The notes under the pieces: model-generated | The model's input: only the letters and a program-made list of their open reading frames with translations | What the model was told of the DNA's origin: nothing | The model's database searches: none | Program-made: the position numbers and the translations under genes | Assembly (NCBI GenBank): GCA_000092065.1 | Contig: CP000590.1 | From: Ostreococcus lucimarinus | Taxonomy: Eukaryota | DNA: 64,000 nt | Reading direction: 5' to 3' (one strand) | Shown: in pieces, positions 60,831 to 64,000 of the stretch | How the letters are laid out: every line of letters starts with the position of its first letter | Position numbering within the stretch: the first letter of the stretch is position 1

Positions 60831-60866
60831 GACGCGATAGAATCGCTCGACGAGTCTTCGCGATAG
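60030..60866 (+). CDS. PEX11: Peroxisomal biogenesis factor 11 (PEX11)-like protein
   Basis: ATG at 60030. The N-terminal amphipathic REGIDKTLKLARYAALFALGE resembles the PEX11 GRDKLxRxxQYxxRF box. The C-terminal hydrophobic LVNFLGLLAAAL is typical of PEX11 tails. Confidence 0.45.
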
Positions 60867-60951
60867 CGCGCACGCAGTACGCAACATTTCTGCTCTCTTC
60901 ATTAAAACAAACAAACGCGCTCGACGGCGGTCGTGTACAAACTTATTCCAT

Positions 60952-61500
<549 letters not shown>

Positions 61501-61587
61501 GGTTCGTGAACCGAGCGCGAGGGACTCCGATCGCCGTTCCCGCCAAAACGGATTGTCAGCGCGCGATGGGCGCGCGACGACGACAGA

Positions 61588-63079
61588 ATGCGACCCTCGA
61601 CGACGGTCGCGGCGACGCTCGCGGCGCCGCGAGCGGCCGGGAGCGCGCGCGCGTCGGCGCGCGCCGACGCGCGGTCGCGCGCGAGACGCGCGCGCGCGGG
61701 AGGCTCGACGAGGAATTTCGACGCGGGGCGCGGCGATCGAGGGATGCTCGCGCGCGAACTGCGGCGACGATGGCGCGGATCGGTGTCGATCGGTGGCGCG
61801 GACGCGCGAGCGGTGATGCGAGCGGGCGCGCGCGGGACGCGAGCGAGCGCGAGGGAGGACGGGGGGGAGGCGGGCGAGGGACGCGCGTCGACGTCGTACG
61901 CGTCGTCGGCGTCGTACGACGCCGACGACGAGTTCAACGAGCGCTTGGCGAAGGGATACGCGGACGATGACGTCGAGCGATTCGCGCGGGGGTTGTCCAG
62001 ACTATCGGTCGCCGGTGGGGGGGCGCCGAGTCGAAACGGCGCGCGGACGTTCGCGTCGCAGGCGTCGCCGGCGTACGAGGAGGAGGCGCTCGCGTCGAGC
62101 GCGCCGAGGATTCGAGGTGAGATCAAGCGCGTGACGTTTCATTCGAGAGAAAATGGGTACACCGTGGCGCGCATGGAGGTTGACAGCTCGTGTGAGCTTC
62201 CTCCAGGCGCGCTCGCGACGCCGAAGCGGCGAAGGAAGGGCGCGGCGCCGACGCCGACGGTGACCGTCGTCGGCACGCTTCCGGGAGCGAGCGAAGGACA
62301 AATGCTCGAGCTTATCGGACAGTGGAAGGAAAACACAAAGTATGGTGTCGAGTTCCTCATCACCGGTGCGCCCACGGAACTGAAACCATCGAGCGAGGAC
62401 GGGATGTTGCGATACTTGAGCGGCGGCGCGTTGCCGGGCTGCGGCAAAGTCACCGCTCAGCGCCTCGTCGATCACTTTGGCGTGGACCTGATGGACGTCT
62501 TGAACTCGCCCGACGCGGCGAAAAAGTTGTGCGCGTGCGATGGGATCGGGCCGAAGACGGCGATCAAGTTGAAGACGAATTGGGACGAGTCGCGCGGCAA
62601 GCGAGACGCCGCAGTGTTTTTAGAAAAACACGGCGTGCCGTTGGCGCTCGCGCAACGCGCAGCGGCACAATACGGTCCCATGACGGAGGATTTGATTCGC
62701 GACAACCCATTCGAGGCGTTAGGGGCGGTGCGAGGGGCGACGTTCCATCGCGTCGACGCCTTGGCGTCTCGACTAGGCAAGGCGCCGAACGATCCGGCGC
62801 GTCTCGGCGCCGCCATCATCGAAGTTTTGAGCGCGGCAGCGGTGAGCAGCGGGCATGCGTACTTGCCGTGGAGCAAAATCGTCGACGGTGTACGTGCTCT
62901 GCTCGGACAATCGACGATTACGGACGAGTTGAGCATGCAAGCCGCCGCGGACGCGATGCGAACCAAGGGTGAAATTCGTGTGCAGCGCCTGCCGACAGCA
63001 AGCACGGCGGCGGGATCGATTGAGGTTTTCGAAGGCGATTGGAGCACTGCGGCGCTTTACACGAGCGCCATGCACAGTG

Positions 63080-63124
<45 letters not shown>

Positions 63125-63353
63125 CGAAGATCAAGGTTGACTCGGCACGCGTGGAGCGTTGGCTCGAAGCCGCCGCGCAAAAGGAAGGGTGGCGCACGCT
63201 GAGCGAAACGCAAAAAGACTTTGTTCGATTAGCGCTTGAATCGCCAGTTTCTATTCTCACGGGTGGCCCGGGGACTGGGAAGACGTTTGCCACGCACGTG
63301 ATCGTCCGTCTGTGGCGCGCCATGGGCAAGAGTGTGGTAATGTGCGCGCCCAC

Positions 63354-63398
<45 letters not shown>

Positions 63399-64000
63399 AG
63401 ACATCGCCAATCCGGTGACGAGCTCGACGATTCATCGATTGTTGGAGTTCAAGGCTGCGGATGCGCTCGAAGGCATGGAAGATGACGGGCCGATGCAAGC
63501 GCTTTCATACAAGGGTAGATTCTCGCGAGACGCGAAGAATCCCATCCAAGCGGACGTTGTCGTCGTGGACGAAAGCTCCATGCTCGACTTGCCGCTGGCT
63601 GCCGCGCTCCTCGCCGCCGTGCCTCCCTCAGCGCAAGTCGTATTTGTGGGTGACGCCGATCAGCTTCCGTCTGTCGGACCTGGTAGTCTATTGCGAGATT
63701 TGCTCGCCGCGCGCAACGTTCCGAGCATCGCGTTGACGGACATCTTCCGCCAAGCGGCGGCGAGCGGCATCGTTCGCGCCGCGCACGCGATCAACTCTGG
63801 AGCGTTCCTACCGTTGGACATCAGAGAGCAGCGCCACGATGTGGACATGAATGAGCTTCGCATCGTCGCTGACGCGCAAGACGTCGATTTGCCGCCGATC
63901 GATCCCGATCTCAAGCCCGACTGTCTTTGGGTGAGCTTGCCCAGCGAAACGAACGCGAGCGTAGAGGCGGTGCTTGACCACATTCTCAGCGACATCTTAC
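61588..64000 (+). CDS. recD2: RecD2-type (RecD/TraA family, SF1B) ATP-dependent DNA helicase with a long N-terminal presequence; 3' end beyond window
   Basis: Hand translation (frame absent from the track because no stop occurs before the window end). ATG at 61588 (MRPSTTVAATLRGAASGRERARVGARRRAVAARRARAGG..., about 170 aa R/A/S-rich). The RecD2 N-terminal domain is IRGEIKRVTFHSRENGYTVARMEV. The helix-hairpin-helix region is GCGKVTAQRLVDHFGVDLMDVL...GIGPKTAIKL. The helicase motifs are I SILTGGPGTGKTF, the Q-region CAPTGRAAQRL, II VVVVDESSMLD and III VFVGDADQLPSVGPG, continuing to position 64000. Confidence 0.7.

Overview
This window reads as eukaryotic nuclear DNA, not prokaryotic. It is very GC-rich (about two-thirds G+C by eye), gene-dense (about 45 protein genes in 64 kb on both strands, intergenic spacers often under 200 bp) and intron-poor. 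Gene content is eukaryote-specific: TAF5, kinesin-13, AP-4 sigma, Eps15-like EH-domain protein, ESF1, PEX11, Sfi1-like repeats, and a PEHE-domain protein. Many products carry transit-peptide-like N-termini: TrpG/PabA, a tandem IGPD, a SAL1-like nucleotidase, leucyl aminopeptidase, a Ycf33-like protein, and an HU-like protein. Five short introns that I reconstructed share stereotyped signals: a GTGCG(T/C) donor, a CGACTGACG/GGACTGACG branch box, and a (C/T)AG acceptor. TGTAA motifs sit at several 3' ends. This fits a flagellated Mamiellophyceae-type green alga (Micromonas-like), but that identification is an inference. I found no rRNA or tRNA genes, CRISPR arrays, transposons or prokaryotic operons. 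The six-frame track is treacherous here. Every frame is open over long R/A/S-rich stretches, antisense ORFs are abundant, the track's 'M' includes GTG/TTG/CTG starts, and it misses first exons and the gene that runs off the right edge. The most interesting items are: (1) a single chain with two tandem IGPD domains whose metal-ligand motifs are lost in a complementary pattern; (2) a spliced, presequence-bearing bacterial HU-like gene head-to-head with a presequence-bearing RecD2-type helicase; (3) a 1,595-aa protein joining a CDCA7-type zf-4CXXC_R1 finger to a C-terminal OB-fold-like segment; and (4) the stereotyped introns that the ORF track misses.
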